Positions 40,079 through 50,767 of a stretch of DNA of 64,000 bases are shown here, piece by piece. The stretch covers positions 928,001 through 992,000 of the forward strand of contig CAWGJT010000010.1 of NCBI GenBank assembly GCA_963822965.1, written 5' to 3'. The notes beneath the pieces are model-generated. The model ran no database searches. It saw nothing but the letters and a program-made list of their open reading frames with translations, and had not been told where the DNA came from. Each line of letters opens with the position of its first letter. Within the stretch, counting starts at the first letter, position 1. This DNA comes from an uncultured delta proteobacterium. GTDB taxonomy: Bacteria; Myxococcota_A; UBA9160; UBA4427. A program made the translations under genes and the position numbers.

Positions 40079-41933
40079 TCAACGGCGCCCGAAGCGCCGC
40101 TCGATCTCGGCGACGTCGAGGGAGACCGCCACCGGCCGGCCGTGGGGACAGGTGGGCGCCCACGGGATCCGGTCGAGCTCGCTGCAGGATGGCTCGCGCT
40201 GCTCTCCGGGCTCGAGGTGGTCCCCGAAGCGCCGGGCGCTGTGGCAGGCCAGCGTCGCGAAGATGCGATCGGCCGCCGCGCAGCAGCCGCGTCTCCGAGC
40301 CGGCCGCGGTGCCGCCCAGGTCGGGGTCCTGCAGCTCGTCGGCGAGATCGCGCACGAGGCGCGCGGGGTCGCGCCCCGCGAGCAGGGCCGGGATCGCCCG
40401 CACCACCACCGCCTCCTCGCCGAAGGCCTCGACGTCGAAGCCCAGCGCCGTCGTGCGCCGCGGGTCCTCGAGCAGGGCCGCCAGGGCCAGGGGCTCGATC
40501 TCCACGCTCTCGGGCATGAGCAGACGGCTGGCTCGCGACCCCGCGATCGAGCCATTCGGCCCGCAGCCGCTCGTAGAGGACCCGCTCGTGGGCGGCGTGC
40601 TGGTCGACGAGCAGCAGCCCCTGCTTGCCCTCGACGAGCAGATAGCTCGCCAGCAGCTGACCGACGACGCGCAGGGAGCCGAACGCGACGCGATCGGAGC
40701 CCGATTCGGTCGTGGCGCGCCTCGTCGGCGCGGGCGGTCCGCCAGCTCGCCCTGGCGCGCCAGGATCCAGTCGCTCGGCCCCGAGCCCCGCGCGCTCGAG
40801 CGCGGCGCCGGCGCGTACGCTGCCGGGCTCGCGGCCGCGTACGGGCGCGGGCCGTCTCGTGCACGGTCGCTCGAGCGCGGGGCGCCCTCCCCCGCCAGCC
40901 AGCGGCGCTCCGGACATGGCTTCGCGCACGCAGGCGCGCACCAGCCGATGGATGGCGCGCGGGTCGGAGAAGCGCACCTCCCACTTCGCCGGGTGCACGT
41001 TCACGTCGATCGTCTCCGGGGGGACCGTGACGAAGAGGATCGCGGTCGGGAAGCGGCCGCGGGGCAGCAGGTCGCGATACGCCTCGAGCACGGCGTGGCG
41101 CAGCACCGGGTCGCGAACCGGCCGCCGTTCACGAACAGGTGGAGCCCGCTGGCGTTGGTCCGCGTGTGCTCGGGGCTCGAGAGATACGCTTCGATGTGTC
41201 CCTCGGGACCTTCCCAGGTGACGGGCACGAGCGCCGAGGTGACCTCTTCGGAGAGGACCGCGGCGGCCCGGGTCAGCGGGTCGTCCGTGGCCGGCCAGAC
41301 GATGGGCGCCCGATCGTCGCGCTGCAGCTCGAAGTGGACGCCGGGCAGCGTCAGCGCCAGCCGGCCGAGCCAGTCCCGGATGTGGCCCCACTCGGTCGCG
41401 GGCTTCTTCAGGAACTTCCGGCGAGCGGGGATCTGCGCGAACAGGTCGGCGACCTCGATCCGGGTCCCGGCCGCGCCGCCCGCCTCGCGCTCCTCGACGA
41501 TCACGCCGCCGTCGACCCGGATCTGCCAGCCTGCGGCGGCGCCCGGCTCCCGCGTCAGCAGCCGCAGCCGGGAGACGGAGGCGATCGCGGGCAGCGCCTC
41601 GCCGCGGAAGCCGAAGCTCGCGATGCGGAGCAGATCGTCGATCTCGGCGATCTTGCTGGTGGCGTGGCGCTCGAGGGCGAGCCGTGCGTCCCCCTGGGGC
41701 ATGCCGTGGCCGTCGTCCGTCACCGCGATCAAGCTGGCGCCCCCGTCGCGGACCTCCACCCGGATCCGCTGCGCGCCCGCGTCGAGGGCGTTCTCGACGA
41801 GCTCCTTCACCACCGACGCCGGGCGCTCGACGACCTCCCCCGCCGCGATCTGGTCCACGAGGGCGTCAGGCAGCCTCTGGACCCGTCGAGAGCCCGTTTC
41901 CGCACTTCGGGAGGACACGCGCTGGTCTGCCAT
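40079..41933 (-). CDS. mutL: DNA mismatch repair protein MutL (frameshifted)
   Basis: IAAGEVVERPASVVKELVEN, HATSK, GFRGEAL, DVNVHPAK, DQHAAHER, CPHGRP. Confidence 0.95.
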
Positions 41934-42159
41934 TTTCGTTCCCCTTTTGGCCCTTGCGCGGCTAAGATCGGGTGGATCACGCTGTAGCGCGGTCGCCTCG
42001 GGTTGGGGTGGTGACGTTCGGCGACCGGCCGCCAAGGCGGTTGCGAGGTCGCAACAGCGATTGACAACAGGCTGAATTCCAAATACTTCTGGTACGTCTT
42101 TCCGTTCGATGGACTCGACGGGTCCGAGGGGACGACTGCGAGCCTGGGAGCGATCCGGC

Positions 42160-43098
42160 ATGACGGACATACAGGATATCAACTCTCCTACCCGGCCGAG
42201 TGGGCGGCGGCGCAACGATCGCATCGTGAGCGCCAGCCGGGCCATGAAGGAGACGGTGGATCAAGCCACCCGCGCGGCGCGCTCGAGCGCGCCCGTGCTG
42301 GTCATGGGCCCGCCCGGCAGCGGCCGGGGGCATCTGGCGCGCGCCATCCACACCTGGAGCACCCGGGCGACTTCCCCGCTGCTGGTGGTGTCCCTCGCCG
42401 GGCTCAGCGAGGACCAGCAACGGCGGGAGCTGTTCGGCGCCGGGTCGCCCGCGGCCGACGGCCACGAAGGCGCCCTCGCCCGAGCCGGCGCGGGCAGCCT
42501 GCTGCTCGAAGGCATCCACCAGCTCGCCGGCAGCGCTCGCAGCGCACTGCTGCAGGCGACCCGCAACCAGAGCTTCACCCGCGACGGTCAGACCGTCCCG
42601 CTGCGCGCACGCATCCTGGCCACGACGGACAGCCAGTCGGACGACGGCTACCGAGGAGTGGGCTTCGAGGTCGTGAGCGTGGCGGCGCTCTCGGATCGTT
42701 CCGAGGACATCCTGCCCCTGGCTGCGCACTTCCTCGCGGAGTTCGCGGCCGCCGCGGGTGGCTCTGTCGTCGGCTTCACCATCGACGCACGCCGTTGGCT
42801 GCTCGAGGAGCCCTGGCTGGGCAACGTGCGCGAGCTCTCCGAGCGCATCCGACAGGCGGTGCGGCTCGCCGGCGACGGCGCGATCTCGGCCGAGGCGCTG
42901 ATGCTGGCGACCCAGGGCGACGAGGTGCCGTCCTTCAAGGAGGCCAAGCGCGCCTTCGAGACCCGCTACGTCGAGGGCCTGCTGCGGCGCTGTAACGGCA
43001 ACATCAGTCGGGCTGCCCGGTTGGCGAAGAAGGACCGCAAGGACTTCTACGACGTGATCCGCCGGACCGGCGTCGACCCGGCCCAGTTCCGATCCTGA
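42160..43098 (+). CDS. Degenerate sigma54-activator-like AAA+ / Fis-HTH regulator
   Basis: ELFG, R.EDILPLAAHFL, WLGNVREL, GNISRAARLA present. GAFTGA absent, Walker motifs altered, no receiver domain. Confidence 0.8.
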   Translation: MTDIQDINSPTRPSGRRRNDRIVSASRAMKETVDQATRAARSSAPVLVMGPPGSGRGHLARAIHTWSTRATSPLLVVSLAGLSEDQQRRELFGAGSPAADGHEGALARAGAGSLLLEGIHQLAGSARSALLQATRNQSFTRDGQTVPLRARILATTDSQSDDGYRGVGFEVVSVAALSDRSEDILPLAAHFLAEFAAAAGGSVVGFTIDARRWLLEEPWLGNVRELSERIRQAVRLAGDGAISAEALMLATQGDEVPSFKEAKRAFETRYVEGLLRRCNGNISRAARLAKKDRKDFYDVIRRTGVDPAQFRS

Positions 43099-43111
43099 GA
43101 GCGCGGATCTC

Positions 43112-43915
43112 GTGCTGATCGGCGTCGTCCAGGTCTGCTCGGACGACGACCTCGCCGGCAACCTGAAGCGCGCCGCCGAGCTCGTCGCCGTGGCAGCCGG
43201 ACGCGGCGCGCAGCTCGTGTGCCTGCCCGAGAACTTCGCCTTCATGCGCCGGGAAGGGAGCGCGTTTCCCTGCGCCCAGGGGCTCGATGGCGAGATCGTG
43301 GGACGCCTACGCGAGATGGCCACCGCCCACGGCGTGTGGCTCCTGGGAGGCACGTTTCCCGAGGCGATTCCGGGCGAGGCACGCGTCCACAACACGAGCG
43401 TGGTGATCGCGTCGGACGGGTCGATCGCCGGCGTCTACCGGAAGATCCACCTCTTCGACGTGGATCTCGGCAGAACGGGTGGCGGGAGCTACCGCGAGTC
43501 GGACCGGATTGCACCCGGAAGCGACGTGGTCGTCGTCGAGACGCCCTTCGGCGGGCTCGGGCTGTCGATCTGCTACGACGTGCGCTTTCCGGAGCTCTAC
43601 CGGGAGATGGCGGGCCGCGGTGCCTCGTTCCTCGCCGTGCCGAGCGCCTTCACACCCCAGACCGGCCGCGACCATTGGGAGGTGCTGCTCCGGGCGCGCG
43701 CCATCGAGAACCAGGCGTTCGTCCTGGCGCCGGCGCAGTGCGGGCAGCACAGCCCCGACCGGGCCAGCTACGGCCGCTCGATGATCGTCGATCCCTGGGG
43801 CCTCGTGCTGGCCCGGGCGGGGGACCGGCCGGAGGTGATCGTCGCGGATTGCAGCCTGGCGGAGCTGGCCCGGGTGCGAGAGGCGATCCCGGCCCTGCGA
43901 AACCGTCGCTTGTAA
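43112..43915 (+). CDS. Carbon-nitrogen hydrolase (Nit1-like amidase)
   Basis: LPENF, YRKIHLFD, ICYDVRFPE, RARAIENQ. Confidence 0.92.
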   Translation: MLIGVVQVCSDDDLAGNLKRAAELVAVAAGRGAQLVCLPENFAFMRREGSAFPCAQGLDGEIVGRLREMATAHGVWLLGGTFPEAIPGEARVHNTSVVIASDGSIAGVYRKIHLFDVDLGRTGGGSYRESDRIAPGSDVVVVETPFGGLGLSICYDVRFPELYREMAGRGASFLAVPSAFTPQTGRDHWEVLLRARAIENQAFVLAPAQCGQHSPDRASYGRSMIVDPWGLVLARAGDRPEVIVADCSLAELARVREAIPALRNRRL

Positions 43916-44029
43916 ACCCGTCCGAGGCGGCCTTTCGGGCGCCTCCCGCTCTCAAGCCGCGATCGAGCGGGGCCGATAGGCAACTGGGCCGAACCGCAGC
44001 TCCGGCCGCAGACCCGACGAGAGGGGACC

Positions 44030-44365
44030 ATGGGCGATCAGCGAGCCACGGGCAGTCTGGTGATCCTGAACGGCGACTTCGAGGGGATGCGCTACGAGCT
44101 CACCTCGGACGAGACGCTGATCGGCCGGAACCCGACGACCGACATCACGCTCCTCGACGAGGGCATCAGCCGGGAGCACACGATGGTGCTCTACGACGAG
44201 TCGGATGGCGAGTACGTGATCGAGGACCTCCAGTCGACCAACGGCACCAAGGTGAACGGCAAGCGGGTCCGATCCGCCACACTCGTCCACGGCGACGAGA
44301 TCCAGATCGGGCACACCCGGTTTCGCTTCCTGCTCGGTGGCGCGCCGGAGAGCGGTGCTTGCTAG
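44030..44365 (+). CDS. FHA domain protein
   Basis: IGR, ISREH, DLQSTNGTKVNG. Confidence 0.92.
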   Translation: MGDQRATGSLVILNGDFEGMRYELTSDETLIGRNPTTDITLLDEGISREHTMVLYDESDGEYVIEDLQSTNGTKVNGKRVRSATLVHGDEIQIGHTRFRFLLGGAPESGAC

Positions 44366-44468
44366 CGCGCCGCGGAGCGCCGAACGCCGATCTCGGTTAG
44401 CTTGCGAGGCGGCTCGACGCCGGCACCGGCCGCGTGGGCCCTGCAGCTCGTTTTTTGGGGGAAACGAA

Positions 44469-45191
44469 ATGCACTACAGCCTCCGTGGCGTGCCCGCTGG
44501 TCTGACCCTCCGTGGCGTGCCGGCCGGACTGCTGCTCGCACTTCCGGCGCTCTTCCTGACCGCTTGCATCGCGAGGCCGGTTCCGCCGCCCGCGGCGATT
44601 CCGCCGCCGACGTACCGAGTGGGCGCTCCCGACGAGCTCCTCGTCAGCATCCTTCCCGAGCCGGTGATCGAGCGAGACGTCGTCGTGCGCCCGGACGGAC
44701 GCATCTCCGTGGATCTGATCGGAGACGTGCTGGCGTCCGGGAAGACCACCGAAGAGCTGGCCGACGCCATCCGCGAGAAGATCTCTCGCTTCAAGCGGGA
44801 CGCGGTGGTGACCGTCTCGGTGACCGCGGCGCGGAGTACGACGATCACGATCTTCGGTCAGGTCAACTCCCCGGGAAGCGTCGTGTTGAATCGCGAGACG
44901 CGCCTGGCGGAGGCCATCGGAACCGCCGGCGGCACGAACCTCTTCGCCTCGAAGGGTCGCGTGCGCGTCATCCGGAGCCTGCCCCAGGAGACCCGCATCC
45001 TGCGCGTCAACTTGCGCGACATCGAGTACGGCGACCAGAGCACCAACTTCATGCTGCAGGACGGCGACATCGTCGTGGTTCCGCCCAACGCCATCGCCCG
45101 GGTGGGCTTCGCCCTGCAGACGCTGCTCTTCCCGTTCCAGCAGGTCCTGTCCGCCGGCTCGGGGGCGCTCCTGATCTCCCGGGGACTCTAG
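44469..45191 (+). CDS. wza: Polysaccharide export lipoprotein (Wza-like)
   Basis: Lipobox LTAC; YRVGAPD, VRPDGRIS, GQVNSPG, SLBB region. Confidence 0.85.
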   Translation: MHYSLRGVPAGLTLRGVPAGLLLALPALFLTACIARPVPPPAAIPPPTYRVGAPDELLVSILPEPVIERDVVVRPDGRISVDLIGDVLASGKTTEELADAIREKISRFKRDAVVTVSVTAARSTTITIFGQVNSPGSVVLNRETRLAEAIGTAGGTNLFASKGRVRVIRSLPQETRILRVNLRDIEYGDQSTNFMLQDGDIVVVPPNAIARVGFALQTLLFPFQQVLSAGSGALLISRGL

Positions 45192-45279
45192 CCCGCCCTC
45201 TCGATTCGCTTGCCGCGGGGGCTGGCAGGCCGACCCAGGATGGGTCGGCGCCCGCAAACGAACCCTGCGGATTCGTCAG

Positions 45280-46686
45280 CTAGGAGCTGCCCCGGGCGAA
45301 GAGCACCTGCGGCACGGTGCGCAGCAGGATCCGCAGATCCTGGGACATCGACCAGCTGTCGATGTACTCGAGGTCGAGACGCATCCACTCGTCGAACTGC
45401 ACGTCGTTGCGACCGCTCACCTGCCAGAGGCACGTGAGCCCCGGGCGCATCGAGAGACGACGCCGCTCGCTCCCCTGGTACTGCACGACCTCGGCCGGGA
45501 TGGGCGGGCGCGGCCCGACCAGGCTCATGTCGCCCTTCAGCACGGACCAGAGCTGCGGCAGCTCGTCGAGGCTCCACTTGCGAAGGAAGCGGCCGATGGG
45601 GGTCACGCGCGGGTCGTCGCGAATCTTGAAGACCGGGCCGTCCATCTCGTTCAGGTGGGCGAACTGCGCCTGGATCGCCTCGGCGTCGACGCACATGGTC
45701 CGGAGCTTGGGCATCATGAAGCGATGGCCGTTGACCCCGCAGCGAACCTGGAAGAAGAGCACGGGCCCCCGCGACGTGAGCTTGATGGCCACGGCCGCGG
45801 CCGCCATCACCGGCAGCGAGAGCGCCAGTCCGACCGAGGCGCCGACGATGTCGAGTCCCCGCTTCATCGCCAGCGCGAACTCGTCGTGGTGGACCGGCGC
45901 GAAGCTCAGGGTGCCGCGACGATCGAAGTTTCCGGCCCGCGGCGGCGGCAGCTCCTGGCCGAAGAGGTCGGTAAGGAGCGTCACCGGGATGCCGATCAAC
46001 GAGCACTCGTGCACCACCCGCTCGAGAGAATCGAGCATGCGGCGTGGGCACGCGACGAGGGTCTCGTCGATGGTCTCGTTGCGCAGGAGCATGGGAAGGT
46101 CGACGAGCTTGTGGATCTGGTCCTCGGGCACGGAGGGCACGAAGTTGCTCTCGCCGTCGTCCACGTAGCCGATGATGCGCAGGCCCCATTCCGGGTGGTT
46201 CTCGATGGTCGTCTTCGCCTCACGGGCTCGCGGACCCGCGCCGATGATGAGCACGTTGCGGAAGTTCCGGCCCCGGCGCCGGATGCTCCGCAGCAGGAAG
46301 AAGATCGGAATGCGGATGCCCGCCTGGACCGTGAACATGACGACCGCGAGCAGCATCGGGAAGATCGGCGCGACGGGGGCCGCCAGCGCGAAGGCCGCGG
46401 TCGAGAGCACCAGGGCGCCGATGCCGTTGGCGAAGGCGAGTCGCGCGATCAGCGCGCTCATGCCCTGCCGGCGACTCCAGCGATAGACGCCCGCGCGATT
46501 CAGCAGCAGCGGCCACCCCAGGCTGACCAGCAGGCCGAGGGCGACGAGGTTGACAACGGGAAGCGCGCTCAGCTCGGCGCGGCGGAGGCCGGGGTGAAGC
46601 AGGAGACCGACGAAGATCGCGGCCGATAGGACGACGTCCAGGCTCATCCAGACCCGGACCAGTTGACGACCATATTCTCTCAGCAT
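45280..46686 (-). CDS. Polyprenyl glycosylphosphotransferase (priming sugar transferase)
   Basis: N-terminal TM segments; KRGLD, KLRTM, DDPRVT..GRFLRKWSLDELPQ, GPRP, RLDLEYI. Confidence 0.92.
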   Translation of the reverse strand: MLREYGRQLVRVWMSLDVVLSAAIFVGLLLHPGLRRAELSALPVVNLVALGLLVSLGWPLLLNRAGVYRWSRRQGMSALIARLAFANGIGALVLSTAAFALAAPVAPIFPMLLAVVMFTVQAGIRIPIFFLLRSIRRRGRNFRNVLIIGAGPRAREAKTTIENHPEWGLRIIGYVDDGESNFVPSVPEDQIHKLVDLPMLLRNETIDETLVACPRRMLDSLERVVHECSLIGIPVTLLTDLFGQELPPPRAGNFDRRGTLSFAPVHHDEFALAMKRGLDIVGASVGLALSLPVMAAAAVAIKLTSRGPVLFFQVRCGVNGHRFMMPKLRTMCVDAEAIQAQFAHLNEMDGPVFKIRDDPRVTPIGRFLRKWSLDELPQLWSVLKGDMSLVGPRPPIPAEVVQYQGSERRRLSMRPGLTCLWQVSGRNDVQFDEWMRLDLEYIDSWSMSQDLRILLRTVPQVLFARGSS

Positions 46687-47226
46687 GAGCGAGCCTCGAT
46701 GGCGCTGCAGCAATACGGGGTTCCACCGAGCCCCGAACAGAATGACGTTCGTCGAGTGCCATTTGGCATGGCGCTACGTCGCTACGGAAGTGGCTCGGAA
46801 AGCACCGAAGGTTCCGTAATTTATGCCGGGTATGATCATAATTTCCCGGCTCGGTGCGGTGACATCCCCTGTCCTGGGGACCTGGCTCCCGCGAGCGACG
46901 CTTGGGAGGAGAATGCAACGGACGCTGGCGGTCGGCTAGGGACTTTCTCTCAAAAAATCATGGAGTTGCCGTATCCCGGCCGGTTCGGGCGGCCACTAAC
47001 CCGCATGTCACCGGGCCGCGATCCCCACGCAGGAGATCGACGCGCGGAGTGGGGCGAGCCCCGAATCCAATGTTCTGACGTGGGGTTCCGGGGGAAGTTG
47101 CTGATGGTTGAGGGTGTCTTCAGGGCCGGGTGGGGATGTAACCTATCATCGGGCGCACGAAGGCGTCGATATCAGGGAAAGGTCATTCGGGGCGAGCTTC
47201 TTCGTCCGGTCGACTCCAGGTAGCGG

Positions 47227-48063
47227 ATGTACGAGTCCTATTTCGGCTTCAGAGAGCAGCCGTTCTCCCTCACACCGGACCCCCGGTTCCTTTGGCTGTC
47301 GGATACCCATCGGGAAGGTCTTGCGGCGCTCACCTACGGGATCACCCGACGGAAGGGCTTCCTGTTGCTCACCGGAGAGGTCGGGACCGGGAAGACGACC
47401 CTGCTCCGGGCAGCCCTGGGCCAGATCCCTCCCGATACGGACACGGCGCTGGTGCTCAACACCATCGGGCTCAGCCCGGTCGACCTCCTCAAGCTGATCG
47501 CCGCCGAGTTCGGCCTGGAGGGTCGCTTCGAGTCCACCGCGGACTACCTGATCGCGCTCAACCGCATGTTGCTGGCACGGCTTCGCGCCGGCCGCAACAC
47601 GGTGCTCATCATCGACGAGGCACAGAACCTGGAGGCGGGCGCGCTCGAAGAGGTGCGGTTGCTCTCCAATCTGGAGACCGATACCGAGAAGCTGATGCAG
47701 ATCGTGCTGACCGGACAGCCCGAGCTCGTCCGGAAGCTCTCGCAGCCGGGCCTCCGGCAGCTGCGACAGCGGATCGCCGTCGAGCACCACATGGAGCCTC
47801 TCTCGCCGGGCGACATGCATCCCTACCTGAGCCATCGCATCGAGGTGGCGGGCGGCAGCTTCGCCGAGGTCTTCGCCCCCGGCGTGGAATCCACCTTCTA
47901 CGCCTTCTCGGAGGGCTGCCCGCGGCTCATCAGCCTGCTGGCGGACCGGGTGCTGCTGGCGGCGTACGCCAAGCAGCTGCGCCCGATTCCGCCCGAGTTC
48001 GTCGAGGAGAAGGCGAAGTCGATGAGCGTCACGCGGGCGGGCGACTTCGGCTTGGAGCGCTGA
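47227..48063 (+). CDS. ExeA-family AAA ATPase (PEP-CTERM/EPS-associated)
   Basis: MYESYFGF..PFSLTPDP, GEVGTGKT, IIDEAQNL, GQPEL. Confidence 0.9.
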   Translation: MYESYFGFREQPFSLTPDPRFLWLSDTHREGLAALTYGITRRKGFLLLTGEVGTGKTTLLRAALGQIPPDTDTALVLNTIGLSPVDLLKLIAAEFGLEGRFESTADYLIALNRMLLARLRAGRNTVLIIDEAQNLEAGALEEVRLLSNLETDTEKLMQIVLTGQPELVRKLSQPGLRQLRQRIAVEHHMEPLSPGDMHPYLSHRIEVAGGSFAEVFAPGVESTFYAFSEGCPRLISLLADRVLLAAYAKQLRPIPPEFVEEKAKSMSVTRAGDFGLER

Positions 48064-49209
48064 GTGGGCGAGATCGCAGACGCACTCCGGCGGGCCCGGG
48101 CCGAGCAGCGGCGTCGCGGGGTCGACGAGCGGCCCGAGCCGTCGCCGCCCCGTGAGCACCGCGACGACGTCTACACGGCGTCGGCGGACCGGCACCGACT
48201 GGAGCAGGCCGAGACCGACGACGAGTCCGGCTCCGCGGTTGCGGACGCCCCGGCTGTCTCGGTGGGAGGGTCCCCTGCTTCGTCGCGCGAGCCCTCGCCT
48301 GCTTCGTCGCGCGAGCCCTCGCCTGCTTCGTCGCGCGAGCCCTCGCCTGCTTCGTCGCGCGAGCCCTCGCCTCCGGCGCCGCCCCGCGCGCCCATCGCTG
48401 GCTCGATGGGACGGGCGGCCCGCAGTCTGCCCGAGGGGCTCGAGCCGGGTGCCCATCTCACCCACGAGGGCGAGGAGTCCAGAGCCCCCCAGGCCGTGCT
48501 CATCGACGCGGGCGGGATGGTCACCGACGCCTGCCTGCAGCTCGCCCTGCGCGTACGCAAGTACCTGCACGACCTCGACGCCCACTCGCTCGTGGTCGTG
48601 AGCGCCCTGCGCAACGAGGGCAAGACCACGGTCTCCTGCAACCTCGCCCTGGCCCTGGCCACCCTCGGACAGGTCGAGCGCGTGGCGCTGGTGGATCTCG
48701 ATCTGCGCAGACCTTCGCTCGAGAAGGTGCTGGAGCTGCCGCGGCCCCGCTGCGGCATCGAGGACGTGATCGCCCGGAACGAGCCCCTCGCCAACGCGCG
48801 CGTGCACCTGATCGACCCGACCCTGGACGTGTATCCGTGCCTGCGCGGCCAGAACAAGGCCCACGAGCTCCTGCTTCGTCCCGGCTTCGCGCACCTGATC
48901 GAGGAGCTCCGCGAGACCTACGACCTGGTCGTCTTCGACAGCCCCCCGACGCTGCTCGTCCCCGATTCCAGCATCATCATGCAGCACGTGGAATGCTTCG
49001 CGCCGGTGGCGCGCGCCGGCATTACCCGGGCCCGGAACTTCCGGAAGATGCTCGAGACCCTGGCCCACAAGCGCATGCTGGGCCCCATCCTCGACTCCGG
49101 TCGCGCCCGGGTTCGCAGGGGCTACTACGAGCGCTACGAGTCCGACGACCTGGAAGAAGAGGACGAGCTGCTGGACGAGATGAAGGAAGAGGAGCGCGCC
49201 GATGGCTGA
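48064..49209 (+). CDS. CpsD/CapB-family tyrosine protein kinase
   Basis: EGKTT, LVDLDLRRP, FDSPP, C-terminal GYYERY. Confidence 0.88.
   Translation: MGEIADALRRARAEQRRRGVDERPEPSPPREHRDDVYTASADRHRLEQAETDDESGSAVADAPAVSVGGSPASSREPSPASSREPSPASSREPSPASSREPSPPAPPRAPIAGSMGRAARSLPEGLEPGAHLTHEGEESRAPQAVLIDAGGMVTDACLQLALRVRKYLHDLDAHSLVVVSALRNEGKTTVSCNLALALATLGQVERVALVDLDLRRPSLEKVLELPRPRCGIEDVIARNEPLANARVHLIDPTLDVYPCLRGQNKAHELLLRPGFAHLIEELRETYDLVVFDSPPTLLVPDSSIIMQHVECFAPVARAGITRARNFRKMLETLAHKRMLGPILDSGRARVRRGYYERYESDDLEEEDELLDEMKEEERADG
48274..48369 (+). repeat. 24-bp perfect tandem repeat x4 (PASSREPS)
   Basis: CCTGCTTCGTCGCGCGAGCCCTCG at 48274, 48298, 48322, 48346. Confidence 0.95.
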
Positions 49210-50629
49210 CTCCTGGACGCTCGGAGCCGGTGCGACCGGCGGCGACGAGGAGGAAGGCGGCGCCCTGCTGCCGCCCTTCGCCGAGGACCCGCTGGGGGTG
49301 CTCCGGCGGCGCTGGCTGTGGATGCTCCTGTGCGTGCTCCTCGGGACCGTGGCGACCCTGTTCGCCCTCTCGCTCCGCCGGCCGACCTACGTGGCCGAGA
49401 CGACCATCGTGATCTCCAGCCAGGCGATTCCCGAGGAGTTCGTTCGCAGCACCGTGACCGAGGATTCGCTGTCCCACGTCAACGCCATCGTGGGCCAGGT
49501 GCTGGCGCGCCAGAACCTGGCGGGCCTGGTGGAGAAGTACGGCCTCTACGAGGAGGCGCGGGCGAACGTGCCCCTGGCCACGGTCATCGCGAGCATGCGC
49601 GAGGACATCGACATCTATCCCCAGAAGTCCATGAATCCCACGCGCGGTGGCCCGAGCTCGCAGATCTTCGTCATCGCGTTCCAGTACCCGGACCCGCAGG
49701 TCGCAGCCGACGTCGCCAACGAGCTGGCGGGCCTCTTCACCGAGGCCAACATCGAGATGCGGAACCGACAGGCGCAGCTCACCACCGACTTCCTGCGGCG
49801 GGAGATGAAGCGGTCGGAGCAGGAGCTGCGCGACCACGAGCACAAGATCACGCAGTTCCTGCAGGCGAATCGCGGCGGCCTACCCGGCGAGCTGGACGCC
49901 AACATCGCGAAGCTCGAGCGCCTCCAGAACCAGCGACAGAATCTGGCCACCCAGATCGACGCGGCGGAGAGCCGGCTCATGCTGCTCAACTCGCAGCCGG
50001 ATCCCAAGACCACGGGTCCTACCTCCCGGTCGCTCCTCGCCGACCTGCGCAAGCGGCTCGAGGAACAGCTCGTCATCCTGACCGAAGAGCACCCCAACGT
50101 GATCGCCCTCCGGCGTCGCATCGACCGCCTCGAAGCCGAGGTGACCAACGAGGAATCCTCGCCCGCGGGTCCCAGCGAGCGCGCCCTGCAGGTTCGCGCC
50201 GAGCAGCTGCACCTCGCCAACCTCCGCGACCAGCAGCAGGAGGTGGAGGCCTCCATCGGGGGGCTCGACGCGCAGCTCGAGAAGGCCCCCATGCGCCAGG
50301 AAGAGTTCTCCGCGCTCGAGCAGCGGGCGACCGTGCTGCGGGAGAACTATCTGCAGTTCCTGCGAAAGGTGCAGGAGGCGGAGCTCGCCCAGAGCCTGGA
50401 GTCCGCGCAGCACGGCGCCCGTGTGGCCGTGCTGGATCGCGCCGCCCCGCCCACCGAGCAGAAGCACGCGCGCTGGAAGCTCGCGACCGCCGGCGCCTTC
50501 GCCTCGGTCCTGGCGTCGGTGGTGCTGGCCGTCCTGCTGGAGCTGCTCGACGCCGTGGTGGTGACCCGGGACCAGCTCGAGGCGCTGACTGACAGGCCGC
50601 TGCTCGGATCCATTCCGCGGGTCGCCTGA
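49202..50629 (+). CDS. Polysaccharide chain-length determinant (Wzz/GumC-like)
   Basis: LRRRW plus TM, coiled coil with TEEHPNV, C-terminal TM and LLGSIP. Confidence 0.88.
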   Translation: MADSWTLGAGATGGDEEEGGALLPPFAEDPLGVLRRRWLWMLLCVLLGTVATLFALSLRRPTYVAETTIVISSQAIPEEFVRSTVTEDSLSHVNAIVGQVLARQNLAGLVEKYGLYEEARANVPLATVIASMREDIDIYPQKSMNPTRGGPSSQIFVIAFQYPDPQVAADVANELAGLFTEANIEMRNRQAQLTTDFLRREMKRSEQELRDHEHKITQFLQANRGGLPGELDANIAKLERLQNQRQNLATQIDAAESRLMLLNSQPDPKTTGPTSRSLLADLRKRLEEQLVILTEEHPNVIALRRRIDRLEAEVTNEESSPAGPSERALQVRAEQLHLANLRDQQQEVEASIGGLDAQLEKAPMRQEEFSALEQRATVLRENYLQFLRKVQEAELAQSLESAQHGARVAVLDRAAPPTEQKHARWKLATAGAFASVLASVVLAVLLELLDAVVVTRDQLEALTDRPLLGSIPRVA

Positions 50630-50767
50630 CCCCTCCCCGAGGGCCAGCCGAGTAGCCGGCGACCTCTCGACCGGCCCGCCACGGGAGCCTACGCTCCGGC
50701 TGCGTCTGGCCGTGGGGGCGGCCCGCTCCGCTTCCACACCGACGCGAACCCGAATCGAGGGGGATCC

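Noticed and set aside
23922..41933. Mass pseudogenisation or programmed frameshifting in MCP, tgt, queA, slt, der, miaA, mutL (also the carbamoyltransferase and NAD kinase)
   Set aside because: The lesions are single-base indels in GC-rich tracts with conserved motifs intact, and they include the normally essential der. Long-read consensus error is the simpler explanation; read polishing would settle it.
42061..42090. Sigma70 promoter upstream of the pseudo-enhancer-binding protein gene
   Set aside because: TTGACA is perfect, but there is no convincing -10 element at 16-18 nt spacing.
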